A stretch of DNA of 64,000 nt from Planctomycetota bacterium (GTDB lineage: Bacteria > Planctomycetota > B15-G4 > SIAN01): contig JANNXA010000022.1 of NCBI GenBank assembly GCA_031409275.1, forward strand, positions 236,307-300,306. The letters are read 5' to 3'. The notes beneath the pieces were generated by a model. The model had not been told where the DNA came from. It worked only from the letters and a program-made list of their open reading frames with translations, and did not search any database. The position numbers and the translations under genes are program-made. Positions 48,246-57,116 of the stretch are shown here, one piece after another. Numbering within the stretch: the stretch's first letter is position 1; each line of letters begins with the position of its first letter.

Positions 48246-50534
48246 TCAGTGGCAGATGACGAAGGCGAGGCCTGCCGATGCGCAGAGCTTCTTCGGGCCT
48301 GCCGGGTCGGCCATCCACAGCTGCACATCGACCTCGATCCCGAGCAGCGACGGGTCGTCGTCGATCTCGGCGTCGACCGCGATCGTGCCAGCGCCGGCGA
48401 CGCCGACCGGCCCGCTCGCCGTGACGTAGACGGTGAAGGCGGGTGGAGCGAGGTCGACCAGCATGACGATCCCCTTGACCGGGATCGAGGCGCGGGCGAA
48501 CCCGACGAGCAGCACGCCAGGCGCGCCACCGAGCAGGTCCGAGCCGTTCAGTTCGAACGATGGATTGCCGAGTTTCGGATCGCCCACCGTGGCGAGCTGC
48601 GGCACGAATCCGCCGCTGCCCGCGACGCCACTTCCGTAGATCTCGACCGGGCGGCAGGTCGAAACCGTGTAGAGCTCGACGTCGTCGACGTTCCAGCCGC
48701 CGTGCGTCACGCTCGCGTCGCTCTGGAGCCGGAATCGGACGTGCGTCGTGGCCACGCCATCGGCCGCGGCCGACACGTCGAGATCGACGGTGGCCCACTC
48801 GGCATCCAGCGTGTCGAGCGTTCCGCCGTTCGTGGCGTTGCGCCAGACCTCGACGCCATTCACTTCGACGCTCGCGACGTCGTGCGCCGAGTCGGCGACG
48901 CGCAGCCAGCGCTGGAAGCGCAGGCGCGTTCCGTGGACGTCGCTCAAGTCGATCGTCGGAGACTCGAGCCAGTTGTCGCTGCTGTCGGAGTAGAGGCCGT
49001 CGCCGAAAATGCCGAGGTCGTTGCCGAAACAGGAGTTGCCGGAGGTCGTGCGGTAGGGATCGAGGAGCTTGCGGGCTGGAACGCCGCGCTCCCAGTCGTC
49101 GCTGCCCGAGTTGCTGCCATGGGTGAACCCGCCATCGGTGGCGCCGTCGAAGTGCTCGGCATAGAGGAGCGTCCGCTCGCCGACGCTGAAGACGAAGCGC
49201 CCATCAGGATTGGCCGGCCCGACGCTCGTGCCGAGCGAGTCGCTCGCCCGAATCTGGTACTCGAGGGTCGTTCCGTGGAGCTGTCCCGGGATCGCCGCCG
49301 ACCACTCGTCGGGGTTGCCGGTCGGCGCCATGGCGAGGGAGACGACGTTCGTGCCGCCGTCGAGCGAGTAGTCGACCGTCGCGCTCGTCACGCCGCCGCC
49401 CGCCGAGGAGGGGGTGATGCGAGCGGTCACGACGTAGGGGCCCGACTCGTCGAGCGTGTCGGGCAAGGTCGCATGGTCGACTCGCGTCGCACGGCTCAAG
49501 ACCCAGAGCCCGTCCTCGATGTTGCTGATGTAGATCGTTCCGGAGGGCTGTTGGTAGACCCCCCACGCGCCGTTGTAGTTGCCGGAGCCGCCCGCCCACG
49601 TGTCGTAGCTGCCGAGCCGGATCGGATGGTCGGGGTCGCTCACATCGAGCGCGACGTAGCCCTCGGCATAGGCCGAGAGCTGCGCGATGCCATCCGCGAT
49701 GAAGACGTTGTGCAGGATCCCTGCGGGATTCTCGACGAACGTGCTGCGCAGCGTGATGTTCGACGGATCGGTCACGTCGTAGAGCGCGAGCTTCGCGCCG
49801 CGAATTTCGTCGGTCACGCCGACGATCGCGTCGGCTTCGTCGACCGTGCTGCTGTGGGTGAAGCTGGCGGGAGTCGTGATCGCGTCGAGCGTCGTCAGCG
49901 TGGGCAGCGCGCTCACGTCGACCAATCGGAAGGTCCCGGCGTAGATCTCCGAGAAGTGGGCGAGTCCGTTCTGCGCCGTGGCCTCGTGGACGTACTGGTT
50001 CCCGTAGCTCGCGAGCAGGACGGGCGCGGTGGGATTGGCGAGGTCGAGGATCAGCAGGCCGACATCGCTGCCGCAGACGTAGAGGTGGCCGCGGCTCTGG
50101 TCGACGAAGATGCTGTGCGCCGTGTTGAATCCGAGATAGCTCGACACGACGTGGATGTTGGAGAGATCGGAGACGTCGATGATCTGGAGTCCACCGCCCG
50201 CCGACTGATCGGTCACGACGTAGACATAGTCCTGCCAGACGGACATGTCGCTCCAGAGCGAGCCGCTGTGGGTGATGTACGCGAGCTCGACCGGGTTGGT
50301 CGGATCGGTGGTCTCGATGAACGACGTTCCATTCCAGGTGCCGAGCAGCGCCACTTCACGGCCGTCCGCCGCTCGGTAGCCGAGGACGTCGTTGTAGTCG
50401 AAGCCGCTGCTGCCGCCGCCGTCGTAGGAGTTGACGCGCGAGAGGAGATGGACGCGATCGCCTTGCGCCGATGCGCTGCCCGCCGCGACGAACAGCAGGG
50501 TGGACGAGGCGAGCCACGTGGAAGCGAAGCGCAT
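48246..50534 (-). CDS. Choice-of-anchor B / LVIVD-repeat secreted protein with C-terminal beta domain
   Basis: Signal peptide, LVIVD-type repeats (GLQIIDVS, GLLILDLA), AHSIFVD, YVHE, FTHS, LHN, GAWGVY and a GWNVDDV module. Confidence 0.8.
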   Translation of the reverse strand: MRFASTWLASSTLLFVAAGSASAQGDRVHLLSRVNSYDGGGSSGFDYNDVLGYRAADGREVALLGTWNGTSFIETTDPTNPVELAYITHSGSLWSDMSVWQDYVYVVTDQSAGGGLQIIDVSDLSNIHVVSSYLGFNTAHSIFVDQSRGHLYVCGSDVGLLILDLANPTAPVLLASYGNQYVHEATAQNGLAHFSEIYAGTFRLVDVSALPTLTTLDAITTPASFTHSSTVDEADAIVGVTDEIRGAKLALYDVTDPSNITLRSTFVENPAGILHNVFIADGIAQLSAYAEGYVALDVSDPDHPIRLGSYDTWAGGSGNYNGAWGVYQQPSGTIYISNIEDGLWVLSRATRVDHATLPDTLDESGPYVVTARITPSSAGGGVTSATVDYSLDGGTNVVSLAMAPTGNPDEWSAAIPGQLHGTTLEYQIRASDSLGTSVGPANPDGRFVFSVGERTLLYAEHFDGATDGGFTHGSNSGSDDWERGVPARKLLDPYRTTSGNSCFGNDLGIFGDGLYSDSSDNWLESPTIDLSDVHGTRLRFQRWLRVADSAHDVASVEVNGVEVWRNATNGGTLDTLDAEWATVDLDVSAAADGVATTHVRFRLQSDASVTHGGWNVDDVELYTVSTCRPVEIYGSGVAGSGGFVPQLATVGDPKLGNPSFELNGSDLLGGAPGVLLVGFARASIPVKGIVMLVDLAPPAFTVYVTASGPVGVAGAGTIAVDAEIDDDPSLLGIEVDVQLWMADPAGPKKLCASAGLAFVICH

Positions 50535-50659
50535 GGGATCACTCCGGCACAGGAAAGCGGCCGCGAACCCTTCTACCCCGCCGCGAGGAGGTCCGACAGA
50601 CGCCAGTCGCCGGCGCATGGTCGCGACCGCCTCGCCACCCGTTTCGCGAATCGAGCGGG

Positions 50660-50826
50660 CTAGTGTCCTGGAACAGAAGTTCGCGAACACGGACCGAGGC
50701 GATGTTTGGGTCAGGCGAGGAGTGCCGACGAAGCAACCTCCCTGGCAGTTGGTGAGGAGGCGAGAAGAAGCATGGCGCGAAGAGCGTCCGGTTTCGTGGA
50801 AGCGAACTTCTGTTCCAGGACACTAG
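50660..50826. mobile_element. MITE-like non-autonomous element (167 bp)
   Basis: Perfect 25-bp inverted ends CTAGTGTCCTGGAACAGAAGTTCGC at 50660-50684 and 50802-50826. No internal gene. Confidence 0.8.
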
Positions 50827-51929
50827 GGCTCGGGCGGCGACTTGTTGGCGGCGACGGAGCGAAGGGCCGCGGCGAGAGCCTTCGCGTCGATCTTGTCCTG
50901 AAGGACCGCTTTCACCTTCCCGGCAGCGTCATAGACGACCACGGCAGGTGTCAACTTGAGTCCCGCTTTCGCGAACGCTTCCGGGTCGAGATCGCGGTCC
51001 GCCTTCGCGGCGGCGAGCTGCTGGCCGTAGTGCTGCACGCGGCGCGCGCGCAGCGTGTCATTCTGGAACGCCTTGGCCATCTCGTTCGAGAGGTCGGCGG
51101 TCGTGGAGTACCACCAGACGAACGAACCCGACCTGCTCGCAGGGTCGGCGGCGGCGGCCATCGCCGCCTGCGGCGACGCACGCCACTCGAAGGCGGCGCA
51201 GACGCCCGGCACGTAGCGTCCCTCCTGCACCAGCAGCCACCACGACAGGTAAGGGACGAGCTGGTCGGGCCATGCGTGGCCGAGCCCTGGCTGGATCCGG
51301 CACTCGACCGTGCGCACCTTCTCCTCCAGCACGGTCACCGTCTTCTCGGCCGCGTCCCGATTGGAGTCCTCGCTCCCGGCGAGCGCGAGCACCCCCATCT
51401 CTTTGCGCGCGTGCTTGGGAACTTTGCCACCGTTGCAGCCGGTGGCAACCCAGCAGGCGCTCTGGAATCGCAACGCCTCGTCGAACGCGACGGGCGCAAG
51501 GTTCCAGCCGCCGTTCGAGAAGCCGATCGCGTGCAGGCGCCGCTCGCCGACGTGCAGCCGCTTCTTCAGGTCAGCGGTGACACGGCGCACCACGTCGAGG
51601 TCGGGCGGACTCCAGCCCAGACCGGTCGACTTCGGGGCGACCACGACGAAGTCCTCCTTGCAAAGGTGCAGGAGCGCACGCGCCATGCCTTCCGAGGTCC
51701 CGCCATTGCCATGGAGCATGACGACGAGCGAGTGTTCCTTCGCGACGTCGAAGCCGCTCGGCATCTCGACCGTCCAGTTCAACCCCTCGAGCGCTTGCGT
51801 CGACTCGCCCGCCGGGAACGGCGCGGAAGCCTGCGACGGCCCGCGCGCACCGGCTTGCGCGCCCAGGACGGGCGCCAGAACGAGAACCAGGACGAGAGCC
51901 AGAAGCCGTTTTCGGAGGTGGCGCATCAT
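50823..51929 (-). CDS. Exported alpha/beta hydrolase (esterase) with thioredoxin-like C-terminal domain
   Basis: LHGNGG, GFSNGG, GSED and GLGHAW. C-terminal TPAVVVYDAAGK segment without CxxC. Confidence 0.75.
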   Translation of the reverse strand: MMRHLRKRLLALVLVLVLAPVLGAQAGARGPSQASAPFPAGESTQALEGLNWTVEMPSGFDVAKEHSLVVMLHGNGGTSEGMARALLHLCKEDFVVVAPKSTGLGWSPPDLDVVRRVTADLKKRLHVGERRLHAIGFSNGGWNLAPVAFDEALRFQSACWVATGCNGGKVPKHARKEMGVLALAGSEDSNRDAAEKTVTVLEEKVRTVECRIQPGLGHAWPDQLVPYLSWWLLVQEGRYVPGVCAAFEWRASPQAAMAAAADPASRSGSFVWWYSTTADLSNEMAKAFQNDTLRARRVQHYGQQLAAAKADRDLDPEAFAKAGLKLTPAVVVYDAAGKVKAVLQDKIDAKALAAALRSVAANKSPPEP

Positions 51930-51933
51930 CGTC

Positions 51934-52695
51934 CTATTGAAAAAGTTCCGGGACCTTGCCCGGACGCCCTGGCGGCGAGGCGCGCAGCTGCGCCCGAAAC
52001 CGCAGCAACCGCTTGAGGTAGTCGATCGAGTCTCGCACGGCGTTCACCGTCGACTTCTTGTCCGCGCGACGAGTGAAGAGCGCCGGCACTTCGAAGATGC
52101 GGTAGCCATCGAGCCAGGCGCGCACCATGACCTCGGTGTCCCAGAACCAGCCCCGATCCTCGACCTTGTCCAACAGCGGCAGCAACCGCTCGCGACGGAA
52201 GAACTTGAATCCCGACTCGGTGTCGTGCAGCGGAACCTTGAGCAGCAGTTCGAAGAGGTAGTGGTACCCGCGACTCATGACGTAACGGTGCAGCGAGTGG
52301 AGGCTCAACTTGTAGATCCGCCAGGCGACGGCGACGTCGGCGCCCGCCTCGATGGCACGGATGCAGGAGGCGGCGTAACGCACGTGCGTCTCGAGATCGA
52401 TGTCGAGGTAGCCGACGATCGGAGCGGTCGCGGCGCGAAAACCGTCGGTCACCGCGCCGCCGCGCCCGGAGTTCTGCTCGTGGAAGAGGCGCTTCAAGCG
52501 GTGCTCGGGGTGCGCCGCGATGCAGCGATCGATGAGCGCGCGCGTGTCGTCCTTGGAGACGTCATCGACGAAGATCAGCCCGTAGCGGAGGCGAAGTGCG
52601 TCCATGACCGCCAAGATCTCGCGCACGGACTGCTCGAAGTGCGGTGCTTCGTTGTAGCAGGCGAGGATCAACTCGACGTCAGGAGTGTCAGCCAT
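51934..52695 (-). CDS. Glycosyltransferase family 2 (Dol-P-glucose/mannose synthase-like)
   Basis: YNE, VDDVSKDDT, DID, DTESGFK and WDTE. Confidence 0.9.
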   Translation of the reverse strand: MADTPDVELILACYNEAPHFEQSVREILAVMDALRLRYGLIFVDDVSKDDTRALIDRCIAAHPEHRLKRLFHEQNSGRGGAVTDGFRAATAPIVGYLDIDLETHVRYAASCIRAIEAGADVAVAWRIYKLSLHSLHRYVMSRGYHYLFELLLKVPLHDTESGFKFFRRERLLPLLDKVEDRGWFWDTEVMVRAWLDGYRIFEVPALFTRRADKKSTVNAVRDSIDYLKRLLRFRAQLRASPPGRPGKVPELFQ

Positions 52696-52805
52696 GCGCT
52701 CTCGTTCTGGGACTGCGGTGCATCAGCGTCGCCCCCACCCGCGAAGCTGTCAATGAGGGGCGGGCGACTGGTGCCGCGCGCCGTGCTCGACACGGACGTC
52801 CGCCG

Positions 52806-53420
52806 TCATCCGTTCCGGCAGTCGAGGATCAGGTGCGTGTAGGGGATCCGCAAGAGATCGTGGCGCACCTGCGCGTCGAGGTTGGAGAAGACGCTTCGCG
52901 CCAGGTTCAGGTAGCCCACCGGGTCACGAACGTTCTGGCCGCGATCCCGGGAGATCACGAAGCGCGCGATCGCCGACTGGCCCGGTACGAGGCACGGGTC
53001 GGTGGTGATCAAGCGACCGGCTGGCTTCAGGGCGCGCTTCGCCAGCCGGAACAACGCGGACGCCTCGCCATCGTCGAGGTGATGGAGCACGCCATACGCC
53101 AGCACCAGGTCGTACTCCCCCGGCGCTTCGAGCGAGGCTTCATCGACGCGCTCACAGCGAAAGGTCCCGCGGTCGCCGAAGCGGCGCCGCGCCCGCTCGA
53201 TGTAGCGCGGACTCGAATCGAACCCTTCATAGTGCACGCCGTGCGGCAGGCTGGCCAGCACATCGGCCGGACCGCATCCAATGTCGAGGATCCGGTCGCC
53301 GGCGCGTGCCGGAACGTGCCGCCGTACGTAGTCGGCGTCGTCGATCACCATTCGACGAAACCACGAGTAGATCGTCGGGTTCGACAGGATCGCACGAAGG
53401 CCGTCCGTGATCTGCGCCAT
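52806..53420 (-). CDS. Class I SAM-dependent methyltransferase
   Basis: ILDIGCGPA, GVLHHL, LKPAG and DRG. Confidence 0.9.
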   Translation of the reverse strand: MAQITDGLRAILSNPTIYSWFRRMVIDDADYVRRHVPARAGDRILDIGCGPADVLASLPHGVHYEGFDSSPRYIERARRRFGDRGTFRCERVDEASLEAPGEYDLVLAYGVLHHLDDGEASALFRLAKRALKPAGRLITTDPCLVPGQSAIARFVISRDRGQNVRDPVGYLNLARSVFSNLDAQVRHDLLRIPYTHLILDCRNG

Positions 53421-53599
53421 GCGAGTCGAGACTACTCCTCGATCCCCCTCCGTCGAGTCACGAGACGATCGCGGCGATGGCGCGAGGTGCTCGAGGCGGT
53501 CACCGTGCGTCGGTTGCGCCCTGAACGCGCGCGGGCCAAACTCCGCCGTCGATCGAGCGCCGCCGGGCGCACGACGGGTCGAAAGTCCGGGAGCGATCG

Positions 53600-55189
53600 A
53601 TGACCGGATGGAACGCGCCGCTCATTGCCGTCATCGCCGCCGCGTTTCCAGCCGAGCCCCCGCCGCCGCGATGGCAGGAGGCGCTCGCCGGCGGCGACGC
53701 GAGAGCGCAGATGCGCGCCCTCTACGACCGGTTCGACGAGACGGCGGCGCTCGCAGAGTGCGAGCGATGGCTCGCAGCCCATCCGGGGGATGGCGAGGTG
53801 GTCGAACTGGCCGCGCGGGCGCTGCGACAGCTTGGACACTTCTCGCGCGCTGCCGAGATGTGCCGTTCGATCGAGTCCCCGAGCGTCACGCTGCAGTTGC
53901 TCCTCGCCGATTGCCTCGCCTCGGGCGCGGGAACGGCGGCTGAGGCGCATCTCATCGTGGACCGCCTCGTGTCGTCCCAACCTCAGTCGCGCGAGCCGCG
54001 ACTGGCGCTCGCGCGCCTGTTGCTCGTCGAGGAGCGCTTCAGTGAAGCCGCGAAGGTGCTGCGCGAACTCCTCGACGCGGAACCGCGCGGCTACGAGGCT
54101 CAGTTACTCGCGGCGAAGCTGCGCGCCCGGCTCGGCGCGCACGCGGAGGCTCTCGCCACCTACCGCAACCTCCTCAAGGCACCGGCGAGCTACCTCGGAG
54201 TGGACGCGCACCTCGAGTCCGACGCGGCGCGCGGCGCGGCGGAGGCCTGTTTTGCGCTGCAGCGCCACGAGGCGGCGTGCGATCTCTACCGGCAGCTCCT
54301 GCAGCGGCAACCGCGACGCGCCGATCTCCATGCACGGCTCGGCGAGCTGCTCGGCCTGCTCGATCGCGCGGCGCAAGCGCAAGAGAGCCTCGCTCGCGCG
54401 GTCGAGCTGGCGCCCGAGGTCGTTGAATATCGGCTGCGACTTGCCGCGATGCTCCGTGCGAGCGGGCGCGTCGACGAGGCGTCCGCGCAGTTCGAGAAGG
54501 TGATCGAGCTCGACCCGCAACCGGCGATCCGACGCGTGCCGGCGGAACTCGCGCTGGCCGAGCTGCAGCTCGACTCGGGCGCGATCGAAGCCGCGGGTCA
54601 CCACGTCGCAGCGGCTCTGGCGTTGGCGCCGCAGGATGCGCGTGCGTGGCTCCTGCAAGGCCGCTGGTGCGAGAAGTCGCGGGACTTCGATGCCGCGGAG
54701 TCGGCGTTGCGCCAGGCGCTGGAACTCGATCCGCTGCTCTTCGACGCGAACTTCCGGTTGGCGCGGCTCCTGGCTCGTTCGCACGTCGAGGTCAAGAAGA
54801 AGGAGGCGGCCGAGCGGTTCGCCCGCCACGAACGCATCGAGCCATCGCTCGTCAAGCTGCAGCGAACTCTGCGCGAGATCGAGGCGACTCCGCGCAGCGC
54901 CTCGCTGCTGGTTCGGCTCGCTGGCATCCTGAACCGCGTCGGAGAACACGCGCTGGCGCGGACCGCTGCCGAACAGGCTCTCACGCTTGCGCCTCGCGAC
55001 AGCGCCGCCAACTTCGAGCGCGGCTGCATCGCGGCGAACCTCGGCGACACGGCGGAGGCGCTGCTCCGATTCGAGCGCGTGAGCCGCGACTCGGTGCCTC
55101 CTACTCTCGACCGTGCGCAGCTCGACCGCTGGATCGACCTGTTGAAGCGCGGCGAACCGCTGCCGCTCCCGCTCGTCTCGCGCGAGTAG
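53600..55189 (+). CDS. Tetratricopeptide-repeat protein
   Basis: Multiple TPR units ending in A(V/L)EL(A/D)P. Confidence 0.85.
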   Translation: MTGWNAPLIAVIAAAFPAEPPPPRWQEALAGGDARAQMRALYDRFDETAALAECERWLAAHPGDGEVVELAARALRQLGHFSRAAEMCRSIESPSVTLQLLLADCLASGAGTAAEAHLIVDRLVSSQPQSREPRLALARLLLVEERFSEAAKVLRELLDAEPRGYEAQLLAAKLRARLGAHAEALATYRNLLKAPASYLGVDAHLESDAARGAAEACFALQRHEAACDLYRQLLQRQPRRADLHARLGELLGLLDRAAQAQESLARAVELAPEVVEYRLRLAAMLRASGRVDEASAQFEKVIELDPQPAIRRVPAELALAELQLDSGAIEAAGHHVAAALALAPQDARAWLLQGRWCEKSRDFDAAESALRQALELDPLLFDANFRLARLLARSHVEVKKKEAAERFARHERIEPSLVKLQRTLREIEATPRSASLLVRLAGILNRVGEHALARTAAEQALTLAPRDSAANFERGCIAANLGDTAEALLRFERVSRDSVPPTLDRAQLDRWIDLLKRGEPLPLPLVSRE

Positions 55190-55212
55190 CTCCTCCCGAT
55201 CGAGAACTTCAG

Positions 55213-57051
55213 CTAGCTCCGCAGCCTGCGTACGACCTTCGCGTCGGAGTGGCCCTGTTCCAGCCGGTATTCGTGTCCGGCCTCGAGCGGACCGAAGGTC
55301 TGCGTCGAACCGTCGGGCCAGCGCACTTCGAGCGCTTCCGACCTGGCCGCACCAGCCGCACCGAAGTGCAGCCGCAGATCTCCGCGCGATGCGTAGGAGC
55401 CCCCCGCGCGAACTTCCTCGACGAAGCGCCTCCCCGCCAGCTTCAACGCGACCTTCGCGCCGATCGCGTCGCGATTGGGGCCGACCCCGCGAAGCGTGAA
55501 CAGGAAGGCGTCGGCGCGCGCTTCGGCCGGCGCGGCGGCAAGTCGTTGCTCGACATGGTTGTTGCGCAGCAGCACGGCCGGCTCGTTCCGCGGCACGATC
55601 ACGACATCGAGGTCGCCGTCGCCATCGAGGTCGCCCGTCGCTAGTCCGCGCGAGGCGTTGCGCACCGAGAAGTAGGCGCCAGCAACCTCAGGTCGCAGCA
55701 AGCCGAAGTGCCCCTTTCCGTCGTTCTCGAGCAGCTGATCCTGCTGCAGGTAGCGGCGATTCGCGCTGGTTCGATGGACATTGACCAGCACGTGACCGTT
55801 GGCGATGAGCAGGTCGAGATCGCCGTCGTGGTCGTGGTCGAAGAAGTCGACTCCGAAACCGACGGATCCCTGATCGGCGGCGGCGAGCCCGGCCGGCCCA
55901 CCTTCGTCGGTGAACCAACCGTCGCCATCGTTGGCGAACAGGGCGTTGATCTCGAAGGAGAGATCGACGCATACCAGGTCGAAGTCACCATCGCCGTCAT
56001 AGTCGCCGGCGTCGACGCCCATCCCGGCGCGGCTCTTGCCGTTCTCGTCGTAGGCACAGCCGCGCGCGACCGCCGACTCGACGAACCGTCCGGCGCCGTC
56101 GTTGAGGAACAGGTCATTGGCGCAGCTGTCGTTCGAGACGAAGAGATCGGGATCTCCGTCGTCGTCGACGTCGCTCGCGATCACGCCCATCCCCTTGGCG
56201 CGGTTGGTCCGCGGTTCGGGCATGACGATCCCACGCGCCAGTGCTTCGTCGTGAAAGGTGCCGTCCGCCGCCTGGATGAAGAGCGCGTCCTGTTCGCCGG
56301 AATACTCCCGCGGCGAGCAGTAGTCGCGAACCCCGCTGATCGACTCGCACGGCGAGCGTGTCGCGACCTCGACCGAATAGGCGAGGTAGTTGGCGACGTA
56401 GAGGTCGAGACGGCCGTCGCGATTCGCGTCGAAGAAGGCCGCGCTGATCGCCCAGCGGCCTTGGTTGGCGACGCCGCTCGCCACCGCGCTTTCCGTGAAG
56501 TGCCCCGAGCCGTCGTTGACGTAGAGGTAACTGCGGCGGTAGCCGCAAACGTAGAGGTCCTGGTCCCCGTCCCCTTCGACGTCGACCGCCGTCGCCCCCA
56601 TGCAATATGCGCTCGGCTCTCCGAAGATCCCCGCTTCGCGCGCGACGTCGGTGAAGCGCATCGCTCCGTCATTGCGGAACAGCGCGTGGCCGGGGAACGC
56701 GCGCCCAGGAGAGCGATCGAGCCAGGAACCGGCGTTGACGAGGAAGACGTCGAGGTCGCCATCCCCGTCGTAGTCGAGCAGCACCGTTCCGCCGCAGACG
56801 ATCTCGGGATAGCGGTGCTCGCCCGAGTCATTGGCGTCGTGGCACCAGCCCGCCAAAGCGTCGCGGAGCCAGGTGAATCGCTCTCCCTCGAACGGCGCGA
56901 CGTCCCGCGGCGGCCGCTCGCCGTCGCCGAGCGCGACCGGATCGTCGGTCGTCTGAGCCGCAAGTGGCGAGGAGGTCGCACCCAACGCCGCGGCGCCGGA
57001 GAGGACCGCGACCCAGTCCATGAAGACCATCCGGAAGTGCCGAGGTGTCAT
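55213..57051 (-). CDS. CRTAC1 family protein (FG-GAP repeats + ASPIC/UnbV)
   Basis: Repeated D.DGDGD.D loops, AIGAKV, LHFG and VRWPDG. Confidence 0.92.
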   Translation of the reverse strand: MTPRHFRMVFMDWVAVLSGAAALGATSSPLAAQTTDDPVALGDGERPPRDVAPFEGERFTWLRDALAGWCHDANDSGEHRYPEIVCGGTVLLDYDGDGDLDVFLVNAGSWLDRSPGRAFPGHALFRNDGAMRFTDVAREAGIFGEPSAYCMGATAVDVEGDGDQDLYVCGYRRSYLYVNDGSGHFTESAVASGVANQGRWAISAAFFDANRDGRLDLYVANYLAYSVEVATRSPCESISGVRDYCSPREYSGEQDALFIQAADGTFHDEALARGIVMPEPRTNRAKGMGVIASDVDDDGDPDLFVSNDSCANDLFLNDGAGRFVESAVARGCAYDENGKSRAGMGVDAGDYDGDGDFDLVCVDLSFEINALFANDGDGWFTDEGGPAGLAAADQGSVGFGVDFFDHDHDGDLDLLIANGHVLVNVHRTSANRRYLQQDQLLENDGKGHFGLLRPEVAGAYFSVRNASRGLATGDLDGDGDLDVVIVPRNEPAVLLRNNHVEQRLAAAPAEARADAFLFTLRGVGPNRDAIGAKVALKLAGRRFVEEVRAGGSYASRGDLRLHFGAAGAARSEALEVRWPDGSTQTFGPLEAGHEYRLEQGHSDAKVVRRLRS

Positions 57052-57116
57052 CTTTGGGAGCCAAGAGTAGTGAAAGGCTCACCGGTCTGGCAGGCGCGAG
57101 CCTCGTTGGGCGAACT

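Noticed and set aside
51934..51957. gttccgggacc resembling the MITE end
   Set aside because: Only a short partial match inside the GT2 coding end, with no partner repeat.
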